From the NCBI GenBank assembly GCA_022646745.1, contig CP060262.1, positions 810,001 through 842,000 on the forward strand: 32,000 bases of DNA, given 5' to 3'. The translations under genes were made by a program, and so were the position numbers. The stretch is from Planctomycetales bacterium (GTDB taxonomy: Bacteria > 4484-113 > JAFGCY01). Below are positions 7,552-15,457 of the stretch, in pieces (position 1 is the stretch's first letter; each line of letters begins with the position of its first letter). A model generated the notes under the pieces. The model was not told the origin of the DNA, did no database searches, and saw nothing but the letters and a program-made list of their open reading frames with translations.

Positions 7552-7983
7552 ATGCAGCACATAGTTGACAGGCTGAACCGCGACTTCGAGCTCTGGGTGG
7601 AGATGGCCAACCACCTGCCGGACGAGGCATTCGCCCTCGAGCTCCCGCTGCCATCCAACTCGATCGGAGACCAGTTCTGGTGCCTGGTCGGTGCCCGCGA
7701 AAGCTACATCCGCGCCATCGAGGAGGGTGAGTGGCAGGGCTTCACCTGCTCGCTGTCCCGCGATGACATTGCCAGCCGCGAGGGTATCGTGCGCGCCCTG
7801 TGCGACAGCGCGAGCTCCTTTTACGAACTGGCCAGCTACACCGAGTGGGACGACCCACGCACCGAACTGCTGCTGGACCTGCTGGAGCATGAGGCCCAGC
7901 ACATGGGGCAGCTGATCCGCTTCTGCTACGCGCTGGAGCTCGGCTTCCCGATGTCCTGGAAACGGCGCTGGTCGCTTGAGTGA
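7552..7983 (+). CDS. DinB-like four-helix-bundle family protein
   Basis: 143 aa. The C-terminal LLDLLEHEAQHMGQL motif and the overall size are typical of the DinB/YfiT-like superfamily. Confidence 0.6.
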   Translation: MQHIVDRLNRDFELWVEMANHLPDEAFALELPLPSNSIGDQFWCLVGARESYIRAIEEGEWQGFTCSLSRDDIASREGIVRALCDSASSFYELASYTEWDDPRTELLLDLLEHEAQHMGQLIRFCYALELGFPMSWKRRWSLE

Positions 7984-8023
7984 TCGCGGCCCTGGGGCCC
8001 GTACCGGGCCCGGCAGCCAGCCT

Positions 8024-8053
8024 GGCCGGACAAGCACACCGGCCTGCCTTTTC
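8024..8053 (+). terminator. Candidate intrinsic terminator after the DinB-like gene
   Basis: GGCCGG (8024-8029) and CCGGCC (8039-8044) form a stem with a 9-nt loop, followed by TGCCTTTTCG. Confidence 0.4.
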
Positions 8054-8144
8054 GCAGTCTCATTTCTTATTGCGACTAAGACTCATGTAGATCTTCCATG
8101 CATTCACGCGCTTGCCAGCCTTTCCCGGATATTAGTAGATAGGT

Positions 8145-10106
8145 ATGCAGCACGATGCAGCACAGCCGGCCCACAATGCCCACAGCCACGGGGCCGGTTC
8201 CGCACGGCTGGCGGCATGGCTGACAATCAGCTGCGCGATTGCTGCATTGGCCGGCTGGTGGCTGCTTGACAACGGAACTGTGGTTGCGGGTCGCTGGCTG
8301 CTGCTCGTGGCCTACATCTCCGGCAGCTGGCTGCCGCTGCAGTCCGCGCTGGCCTCACTGCGCGAAAAGGGCCCGGACATCAACCTGCTGATGCTGCTGG
8401 CGGCCTGGGGTTCGGCCCTGCTTGGCAACCCTGTTGAGGGAGCCGGCCTGCTGTTCCTGTTCACCCTGTCCGCCGCGCTGGAAAGTTACACGCTGGAGCG
8501 CGCCACGCGCAGCATTGATGCCCTGACGCAGCTGCGACCGGACACTGTGACGCGGGTGGACAGCGCTGGCAACGAACAACAGGTCAGCGTGGATGAGATC
8601 CAGCCCGGCGACCTCGTGCGCGTGCGGCCAGGGGAGCGCATCGGCGTCGATGGCGAAGTTGTCGATGGCAGCAGCAGCGTTGACGAATCAACGCTGACGG
8701 GTGAAAGCCTGCCGGTTGACAAACAGCCAGGCAGCCCGGTGTACGCCGGCACGCTGAGCTTCAACGGCAGCCTGCTGGTGCGCAGCCTGCGGCCGGCCAG
8801 CGAAAGCATGATCGAGCGCATCGCCCGCCTCGTGCAGCAGGCGCAGTCCGAACAGCCCGCGATCCAGGGCCGCTTCGAGCGCTGGCAGGGAGGCTACGTC
8901 TGGTTCGTGATCGCCCTGACAAGCGCCAGCGGGCTGGCCCACTACCTCGGCTGGATTGGCAAGCATGCCGGGGATCCGCGCGCCTCGATCTATGCCGCGA
9001 TGGTGGTGATGGTCGCCGCCTCGCCCTGTGCGGTGATCATGTCGATCCCGGCTGCCGTGCTGTCCGGCCTGACGCGGGCCGCACGGCGCGGTGTGCTGTT
9101 CAAGGCCGGCAGTTACCTCGAGCAGCTGGCGCATGTGAAGTGCATCGTGATGGACAAGACCGGCACCCTGACCCATGGCGAACCCGAAGTGGTGCAGGTG
9201 CTGGATGGAATGAATGGCAACGCTGGCAACCATGCGCTGCTGCAGCAGGCCGCCAGCGTGGAGCGCCTCAGTGAGCACCCGCTGGCCGGGGCGGTGGTGC
9301 GTGCCGCCGAGCAGGAACAGCTGCCGCGGCTGGATGCGCGCACCTTCCACAGCCATACCGGCCAGGGCGTGCATGCCACGCTGCGCGATGAACAGGGTGA
9401 ACTATGGGTCGGGATCGGAAACCGCCTGCTGTTCACCGAGCACGGGGTGGATGTGCCGCAGGATGTCTGGCAACGTGCCGAGGAACTGCGCGAGGCGGGC
9501 CTGACGGCGCTGATTGTCGGCACCCAGCATGGCGGCGGCGGCGTGATTGCCGTGGCCGACCGTATGCGCAGCGAGGCGGCGGAGGCGATCAGCCGGCTGC
9601 GGGAGCTCGGCATCCGCCGGCTGGTGATCCTCACCGGTGACCACCGCGTGGTCGGCGAGGCCGTTGGCAGTGCCGTCGGGGCGGATGAGGTGCTCAGCGA
9701 ACTGCTGCCGGCGCAGAAACTGGAAAGCGTGAAGGCAATGCGCGGCCGCTATGGCGCGCTGGCCTATATCGGCGACGGTGTCAATGACGGCCCGGCGCTG
9801 GCCGCCGCCGACATCGGCATCGCAATGGGTGAGGCCGGCACTGATGTCGCACTGGAAACGGCGGACGTGGTGCTGATGCGCAGCGACCTGCGCGCGCTGC
9901 CATTCGCGCTGTGGCTGGCGAAACGGACCGAAGCTGCAATCATCCGCGGGCTGGTGATCGCATTCAGCGTGATCGCCTTCCTGCTGTTCAGCGCCGCCTT
10001 CCTCAGCATCCCGCTCTGGCTGGCGGTGTTGCTGCATGAGGGCAGCACGGTTGTCACGATCCTCAGCGGGACCTACCTGCTGGTGGAACCGTACCGGGAG
10101 CAATGA
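8145..10106 (+). CDS. Heavy-metal translocating P-type ATPase, P1B-4 subtype (Co/Zn/Fe(II)-type exporter)
   Basis: Motifs TGES (LTGESLPV), SPC in a TM helix (AASPCAV), DKTGTLT, GDGVNDGPALAAADIGIAMG, and HEGSTV in the last TM helix. SPC plus HEGxT and the lack of an N-terminal HMA domain define P1B-4. The N-terminus is short and His-containing (HNAHSHG). Confidence 0.9.
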   Translation: MQHDAAQPAHNAHSHGAGSARLAAWLTISCAIAALAGWWLLDNGTVVAGRWLLLVAYISGSWLPLQSALASLREKGPDINLLMLLAAWGSALLGNPVEGAGLLFLFTLSAALESYTLERATRSIDALTQLRPDTVTRVDSAGNEQQVSVDEIQPGDLVRVRPGERIGVDGEVVDGSSSVDESTLTGESLPVDKQPGSPVYAGTLSFNGSLLVRSLRPASESMIERIARLVQQAQSEQPAIQGRFERWQGGYVWFVIALTSASGLAHYLGWIGKHAGDPRASIYAAMVVMVAASPCAVIMSIPAAVLSGLTRAARRGVLFKAGSYLEQLAHVKCIVMDKTGTLTHGEPEVVQVLDGMNGNAGNHALLQQAASVERLSEHPLAGAVVRAAEQEQLPRLDARTFHSHTGQGVHATLRDEQGELWVGIGNRLLFTEHGVDVPQDVWQRAEELREAGLTALIVGTQHGGGGVIAVADRMRSEAAEAISRLRELGIRRLVILTGDHRVVGEAVGSAVGADEVLSELLPAQKLESVKAMRGRYGALAYIGDGVNDGPALAAADIGIAMGEAGTDVALETADVVLMRSDLRALPFALWLAKRTEAAIIRGLVIAFSVIAFLLFSAAFLSIPLWLAVLLHEGSTVVTILSGTYLLVEPYREQ

Positions 10107-10182
10107 AACTGGCAGGCAAGGATGTTGCGTATGCCGCCAGCCGTTCCGGATGCCTCGGCGAATGCGTTGCCAAAAACCCGCA

Positions 10183-13100
10183 CTACGGAATTTCAATCAG
10201 CGGGATTTCCTGCCAATCAAGCCCTGAGCCGAAGGGATTGACCGGATTGATGGCCTTTGGATAGCGCAGGTTGTAGTTTGACGATACCGTGCTGAAGCCC
10301 GGGATTGTCTCCGAATCAATGTACAGATACAGGCTGCCATACAGGTCCTGGTCGGCAGGACTTCCGCTAAGCCACACTGAATCCAGGTAGTGCGCCTTGA
10401 AGATGTAGGTATCTCCGCTGACAGCCTGCGACTCTGGCAGGAAGTAGTACCAGTCCCACCAGCCCGGCACCCTGCCTATCATACCCTTGCCACTGTCCTG
10501 CTGGCCTGCCACAAGCTGGCTCCCCGGTTCAAGCACCACCAGGCGGAAGTCCTCATTCGGCACACCCGGCACCTGTGACACATCGCTCGTCGGTGGCACG
10601 GCATCCGCTGCCCACTTCAGCTCCGCCTTCATTGCCGCCTGCTCATTGCGGACCAGCGTGAAGTGTTCAGCTGTCAGCGTGTTGACAATGTAATGTGTGT
10701 ATTCCAGATCTCCGGCACTCGCCGGCAGCTTGCAGAACATGTAGATCCTGTTCTCGCCGGGATCCAGGTAGCGAGTGAACGCAAAGTTTCCATCCGGCTT
10801 GATCAGATGCGATATCGAGTAGTATTCCGTTCCGGCATCCCTCCAGTAGAGCCGGGACTGGCTGCCGGAGGCATCCTCCCGGATATTGTCCTTCATGAGG
10901 ATATCTGCTGGCTCAACATCACCGTATGTGATCCGGCCCTCGATCCTTGCATATGGCACATCTATCACCGCGCCATTCTCGGGAGATGTGATCTCGATTG
11001 TCACGGTCTCCGCATCCGGCAACGAGTCAATGCCCCAGGGAACTGGCCAGTAGTCCTCATATGACAGGTACTTGTCCGCTTCGATCACGATCGGTACGCC
11101 CACAATCGTGTCACGGTAGCCATCCTTCGTCATGACGGCATCGTAAGTGCCGACAGGCAGGATCTTCTCAAACGCCCCGCGCCCGAAGTCGTTGCCATAT
11201 GCTGTCGCAGCCAGCTGGCCATCCTGCATGAAGTCAACCCGCACTCCCGGCACTTCCCTGAAGTAGTAGTCATTACTGGGATCAAGGGAAAGCTCACCCG
11301 TGTCCGGATCTACAACTAGCTGTTCGCCATAGTGGCTCTCGAGAATGCCGCCTACCTTCAGCACACCGGTATCCTGCGTGTAATAGTTGGTCAGGTCGAG
11401 TACCAAATAGCGCATCTGCAAGCCGTAGTTCTCCGGCTCATAGCTAACGAATGATGTGCCGAAGATGCCGCCTTCCAGCCCGATCTTTCCGCGCACACCG
11501 ACCCAGGACTGCAAGCTTACATATGGATTGCTGCCCGCTGTGGCCTTCGCCTGGATTTCCACGTAAGGTGCCTGGAAGTGGATGTACGGACCGACAACCC
11601 CGTACAGGTACAGCCCGAATTCCGGCCCGACCAGTGAGAACTCACCGCGGATCGCTCCGTAGACATTGGCCTGCGCCGGCACATCATTGAATCCGAAATC
11701 GGTCTTGTGCATGTACGACCCGAAGCCCTTCTCCGGAGTGTATTCGCCAACCATCCTTGCGCTTGCATGGCCGGTGATCAGACCCTCCACACCGGCTTCC
11801 GCGAAGGCCTCGAAGTTCAGCCAGAGGTCAATCCTCGGCGTGATGATGATCGGCACCAGCCCCGCCGGGATGCTGATCGGATTCAGCCACAGGGTGCCGA
11901 GCTTCAGCTTGGACTCCGCCAGCTTGATCGCCGCGAACAGCTTGGCTTCGCCCTCGAGCTGCATCTCAAACTCGATGCTGCATTCAATCAGGGTGATGGT
12001 GCCGAGGTCACTCCAGCTTGTCCCGATCTCGACCCTGAAGTCCAGCACCTGGCGCATCCTGAAGCTGCCGGACAGATGCAGGTTCTCATTGACCTCCTTC
12101 GTAATCCGCGATTCCCACCAGTTGCCAAACACGGTATCACTGGCCTCCCTGGCAACGGATGAGGTACCGGTCTCCGGCAGCAACTCGAACTCCACCTCAT
12201 CCACGTCCGGGATGAATTCACGGACATCATCCGGCGTGATCTTCAGCTGGTAGTCCAGCCTGAGGTAGTCAAACGCATCCTCCAGTCCGGCCTGGCTGGT
12301 GACCAGCTCCAGTCCACCCGGTATGGGATTGACAGCTTCCACGCGGCGCAGCAGGCCTTCGCCCTCCGCTGATACGATGATGCTGCCAACCTGGATCCCA
12401 TCCGTCTCTCCGAGCAGCACGAGCCCATCGGCGCTGACGGAGTCAATCGTCGTGAGCGCCGGATCCAGCACCTCGGTCCAGGGGTTTGCCAGCGGCTGCT
12501 GCGGGAAATCCTCACCGGTACTGTCATACGGTGCAATGGTGTAGGTGTCATATTCCACACTGATGAGCTGCACACTGAAGTGATAGGGCGAGCCGCTGCC
12601 CTGGGAGATCGCCACTCTGTCCACCTTCACATATGGCCCAGCCTGGTTGCGGCCGTAGATGTTGTAACCAAGCACGCTGGCGAAGAAGTGACGGCCGATC
12701 GGCGTCACGTCACTGATGTTGACTTCGCCGTTGCCATCCCCATCCGCGACTCTGGCCTGCTCCCAGCCGGGAGCTCCTTCCCGAGCGCTGAAGTTCTGTC
12801 CCAGCGGTGTAAGGTCGGAGATGTTCACCTCACCGTTCAGGTCATAGTCCCCGACATTGCGGTAGGTCCAGCTCAGGATCGCGCCGTTGCCATCCGGAGT
12901 GATTGCCAGGTCATCGACGAGGTTCTCCGGCCCGCTGGGCAGGGCACTGGGGTTCCGGTCCGGCTGGCCCGCCAGCGACTGCAGCAGTGCGCCCCTGAGC
13001 ACGTCAAACAGGCCCTCATCCATTCCCGCTGGCGCAGCTGCCAGCCTGATCTCTGCCTGCGCTAGATCAAGCGATGCTCCTTCCAGCCTGCGGGGGGCGA

Positions 13101-13263
13101 TTGCTGCCAGCCTGACTCCCGTCAGGCCCGCCGGCTGGCCGGCTGTCCCCAGGGCTTCCTGAGGAAACTGCCCGTGGCTGTCTGCTCCGCAACCGGCCAG
13201 GTTCAGAAGCAGCAACAGGGAAAGAACCACTCCGCAATGGATCAGCTGGCAGGGTTCACGCAT
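10183..13263 (-). CDS. Large lipoprotein with a dockerin-like repeat pair and a carboxypeptidase-regulatory-like domain; function unknown
   Basis: 1026 aa. Lipobox LLLLLNLAGC. Two EF-hand-like dockerin repeats (DYDLNGEVNISDLTPLG and DGDGNGEVNISDVTPIG). GVRVDFMQDGQLAATAYGNDFGRGAFEKILPVGTYDAVMTKDGY resembles a CarboxypepD_reg fold. The beta-rich central region is uncharacterised. Confidence 0.7.
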   Translation of the reverse strand: MREPCQLIHCGVVLSLLLLLNLAGCGADSHGQFPQEALGTAGQPAGLTGVRLAAIAPRRLEGASLDLAQAEIRLAAAPAGMDEGLFDVLRGALLQSLAGQPDRNPSALPSGPENLVDDLAITPDGNGAILSWTYRNVGDYDLNGEVNISDLTPLGQNFSAREGAPGWEQARVADGDGNGEVNISDVTPIGRHFFASVLGYNIYGRNQAGPYVKVDRVAISQGSGSPYHFSVQLISVEYDTYTIAPYDSTGEDFPQQPLANPWTEVLDPALTTIDSVSADGLVLLGETDGIQVGSIIVSAEGEGLLRRVEAVNPIPGGLELVTSQAGLEDAFDYLRLDYQLKITPDDVREFIPDVDEVEFELLPETGTSSVAREASDTVFGNWWESRITKEVNENLHLSGSFRMRQVLDFRVEIGTSWSDLGTITLIECSIEFEMQLEGEAKLFAAIKLAESKLKLGTLWLNPISIPAGLVPIIITPRIDLWLNFEAFAEAGVEGLITGHASARMVGEYTPEKGFGSYMHKTDFGFNDVPAQANVYGAIRGEFSLVGPEFGLYLYGVVGPYIHFQAPYVEIQAKATAGSNPYVSLQSWVGVRGKIGLEGGIFGTSFVSYEPENYGLQMRYLVLDLTNYYTQDTGVLKVGGILESHYGEQLVVDPDTGELSLDPSNDYYFREVPGVRVDFMQDGQLAATAYGNDFGRGAFEKILPVGTYDAVMTKDGYRDTIVGVPIVIEADKYLSYEDYWPVPWGIDSLPDAETVTIEITSPENGAVIDVPYARIEGRITYGDVEPADILMKDNIREDASGSQSRLYWRDAGTEYYSISHLIKPDGNFAFTRYLDPGENRIYMFCKLPASAGDLEYTHYIVNTLTAEHFTLVRNEQAAMKAELKWAADAVPPTSDVSQVPGVPNEDFRLVVLEPGSQLVAGQQDSGKGMIGRVPGWWDWYYFLPESQAVSGDTYIFKAHYLDSVWLSGSPADQDLYGSLYLYIDSETIPGFSTVSSNYNLRYPKAINPVNPFGSGLDWQEIPLIEIP

Positions 13264-13434
13264 CCCATTCTCCTTTCACCGTTCACAGCGTCGGTGACTC
13301 CATGCCCGTGGCCACGGATGGCTGGCCTCAGAGCCTGAGCGTACAGAATGACAACGCTGCCATTCAATGGCTCCCTTGGCCGGGTTGGCTGCCTGCGGGG
13401 CAACATGTGGAAATGGCTGTCCGCTCACAGCTCT

Positions 13435-13459
13435 TGCATTGTCATGCTAGCACAATGCA
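13435..13459. repeat. Inverted repeat TGCATTGT-N9-ACAATGCA in a divergent intergenic region
   Basis: Perfect 8-bp arms (13435-13442 and 13452-13459). The spacer contains the palindrome GCTAGC. Confidence 0.5.
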
Positions 13460-13634
13460 CAATTAGCCGCACAAATGAGACTGATACTCAGATTCCGGCG
13501 GAGTTTCCTGACAGCAGGCGGATTGCACTGTTGCCAGCATTGCGACTTCATGCCTACTGCATGACTATGCGGCAAATGCTCTGACTGCGAACTGTACAGC
13601 CTGTGAAGCCGCACTTCCCGATTCCCTCAGCCAC

Positions 13635-13697
13635 ACTCTTTACTCACAACTCATTGCTCATTGCTTCTCCAAGCTCCCCACTCCAAGCTCCAAACTG
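13635..13697. repeat. Heptad-periodic array (ACTCNNN / NNNGCTC) including a 14-bp direct repeat CTCCAAGCTCC x2
   Basis: ACTCTTT ACTCACA ACTCATT GCTCATT GCTTCTC CAAGCTC CCCACTC CAAGCTC CAAACTG, immediately upstream of TGTACAAT and the yfiT-like gene. Confidence 0.75.
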
Positions 13698-13738
13698 CCA
13701 TGTACAATCCTCGCGGCATGGGCATGAGGAGTGGCAAC

Positions 13739-14266
13739 ATGGAAGAGCTGCAGTATCCGATCGGCAAGTACCGCATCGAGCATGAGTTCACAGCAGAGCG
13801 GCGCGCGGAGCTGGTTGGGCAGCTTGCCAGCCTGCCGCAGCAGCTGCGTGAAGCTGTCAACGGACTGGATGATGGACTGCTGGGCACGCCTTACCGGCCC
13901 GAGGGCTGGACGCTGAGGCAGGTGGTGCACCATGTGGCGGACAGCCATATGAATGCCTATGTGCGCATGCGCCTGGCGCTGACCGAGGAGGAACCGGCAA
14001 TTGCGCCTTACAAGGAAGGCCACTGGGCGATGCTGCCGGATGCGCAGCAGGCACCGCTCGGGTTGTCACTTTCCCTGCTGGACGGCCTGCATGGCCGCTG
14101 GGTGCTGTTGCTGGAAAGCATGACGGATGAGCAGTTCGCGCGGCGCTTCTTCCATCCGCAGTACGGCACACGGGTGCGCCAGGACGAAATCCTCTCGCAC
14201 TACGCCTGGCACGGCCGGCACCATACGGCGCATGTGACGGGCCTGCGGGAACGGATGGGCTGGTAG
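13739..14266 (+). CDS. yfiT: YfiT/DinB-family metal-dependent hydrolase or thiol S-transferase-like protein
   Basis: MEELQYPIGKY...TPYRPEGWTLRQVVHHVADSHMNAYVRMRLALTEEEPAIAPY...HGRW...YAWHGRHHTAHVTGLRERMGW is collinear with B. subtilis YfiT, including the His triad. I chose the start at 13739 because GAGGAG lies 7 nt upstream. The track ORF begins at 13661. Confidence 0.85.
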   Translation: MEELQYPIGKYRIEHEFTAERRAELVGQLASLPQQLREAVNGLDDGLLGTPYRPEGWTLRQVVHHVADSHMNAYVRMRLALTEEEPAIAPYKEGHWAMLPDAQQAPLGLSLSLLDGLHGRWVLLLESMTDEQFARRFFHPQYGTRVRQDEILSHYAWHGRHHTAHVTGLRERMGW

Positions 14267-14297
14267 CGGCGGCTTGAATGCCGCCATACCTGTTGTC

Positions 14298-14372
14298 AGA
14301 CTTAAGACTTCAGACTCCAGAGAAGCAAATACTGGATCGGCACATCGATCTGTAGTCTGATTTCTGAGGTCT
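14298..14372. repeat. Palindromic AGAC-heptad element, copy L
   Basis: Plus-strand array AGACTTA AGACTTC AGACTCC AGAGAAG (14298-14325), then a 19-nt spacer. Minus-strand array AGACCTC AGAAATC AGACTAC AGATCGA (14345-14372). The arms are roughly 21/27 complementary by hand alignment. Confidence 0.85.
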
Positions 14373-14381
14373 GATCACTTG

Positions 14382-14858
14382 CTACAGCGTCATCCCGCCC
14401 GCCATCAGGTGGCCACCCTCATCCGTGCCGCAGACCAGCAGGCGCAGCCTGACGATGTATTCCACGCCCTGCCTGAACTTGACCACGACCGGCTTGTCGT
14501 CCTTGCCGGGAGTGAGGTAGCTGTCCACTTCAATGCTGATCGGACCGACGCCGTCGGCGGCATCGTCCTGCACGTCCGACTTGAGCGTACTGACACCAGC
14601 AGTCGCGGTATCACGCCACTCGCCATCCACCAGCACCTGCACCATCACGTTCTGCGGGGCGGCGGATTGGAAGTCCAGCGTCATCGCCAGCCGGTCCTTC
14701 GTGGAGCTGTCCCTCAGCTCGGCATGCTCAGCGATCGGCTTGCCGTCAATCCTGGCCGAACTGGCCAGATGCTCCTCGCATCAAGCGCGGCCGGGGCCGG
14801 CCTGCAGGACGGCAATGGCCAGCGCCATTGTCAGTGCAGCTGTAATCTTCCTGATCAT
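14382..14858 (-). pseudogene. Small exported protein gene interrupted by an in-frame TGA (nonsense pseudogene, base-call error or recoding candidate)
   Basis: ATG at 14858 with GAGG 8 nt upstream. Signal-peptide-like MIRKITAALTMALAIAVLQAGPGRA, then TGA (14781-14783), then the same frame continues with coding-like GC3: CEEHLASSARIDGKPIAEHAELRDSSTKDRLAMTLDFQ... to the stop at 14382. The track lists only the last 100 aa. Confidence 0.6.
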
Positions 14859-14942
14859 CAGTGAGACCTCATGTCCGTTGGGATGCCCGCCTGGCCCAGC
14901 GACCCGGCAGGAGTTTTGCTGCAGAAATGATAGCATTGGAGC

Positions 14943-15031
14943 AGACTGCAGACATCTGACACCAGACTTCAGATGTATTGTCGGAGTACCATGATATCTC
15001 TCTGAGGTCTGTAGTCTGTCTTCTGAGGTCT
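14943..15031. repeat. Palindromic AGAC-heptad element, copy R
   Basis: Plus-strand array AGACTGC AGACATC TGACACC AGACTTC AGATGTA (14943-14977), then a 19-nt spacer. Minus-strand array AGACCTC AGAAGAC AGACTAC AGACCTC AGAGAGA (14997-15031). The sub-order AGACCTC-AGAAnnC-AGACTAC is shared with copy L. Confidence 0.85.
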
Positions 15032-15061
15032 AGACCGACGGCAGATTGCCGCCGGTACAAT
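15031..15061 (+). promoter_or_regulatory. Candidate promoter of the VOC gene, possibly giving a leaderless mRNA
   Basis: TACAAT at 15056-15061 lies 6 nt before the ATG at 15068, with no Shine-Dalgarno between them. The -35-like TAGACC (15031-15036) overlaps the last AGAC heptad. The spacer is 19 nt, which is longer than optimal. Confidence 0.3.
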
Positions 15062-15067
15062 GTCCCC

Positions 15068-15457
15068 ATGAGAATCGCATTGACAAGCGTCATGGTTGAT
15101 GACCAGCAGAAGGCGCTGGACTTCTACACGGAAAAGCTCGGCTTCGTGAAGATCAACGACCACCCCATGGGCGAACACCGCTGGATTACAGTGGCTGGCC
15201 CCGACGGTCCCGAGGGTGTTGAACTGCTGCTGGAGCCGAATGCCGACCCGGACGCACGGATCTTCCAGGCTGCCATGAAGGACAAGGGCAAACCCTGGAC
15301 CAGTTTTGAGGTGGATGACGTGAAAGCCGAGGTGGAACGCCTGCGCGCCCTCGGCGTGGTCATCACCAAGGAACCCGTCGAGGAGCAGTGGGGCGGATAC
15401 GCTATGTTCGATGACACATGCGGCAACATCATCAGCATCCATTCCGTGGCCGGCTGA
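15068..15457 (+). CDS. VOC/glyoxalase-fold family protein
   Basis: MRIALTSVMVDDQQKALDFYTEKLGFVK...WITV...LLLEP...FEVDDVKAEVERLRALGV...GGYAMFDDTCGNIISIHS is a typical single-domain VOC protein. I chose the internal ATG at 15068, because the track ORF start at 14978 would read through the repeat element. Confidence 0.8.
   Translation: MRIALTSVMVDDQQKALDFYTEKLGFVKINDHPMGEHRWITVAGPDGPEGVELLLEPNADPDARIFQAAMKDKGKPWTSFEVDDVKAEVERLRALGVVITKEPVEEQWGGYAMFDDTCGNIISIHSVAG

Noticed and set aside
6947-7654. 235-aa minus-strand ORF spanning the VOC gene. Similar shadows lie opposite the ATPase (8688-9374 and 9402-10196) and opposite the yviE-like gene (5060-5563).
   Set aside because: Their translations are Arg/Ala/Pro-rich junk, while the opposite strand encodes proteins with unambiguous conserved motifs (VOC, DKTGT ATPase).
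12700-12860. The dockerin repeats as evidence for a cellulosome.
   Set aside because: The window has no cohesin, glycoside hydrolase or CBM. Dockerin-like modules are widespread outside cellulosomes.
13348-13584. 78-aa Cys-rich plus-strand ORF in the long spacer.
   Set aside because: Its third-codon-position G/C content is only moderate, unlike every confident gene here. It has no RBS and no recognisable motif. It is probably non-coding, although a decayed gene cannot be excluded.
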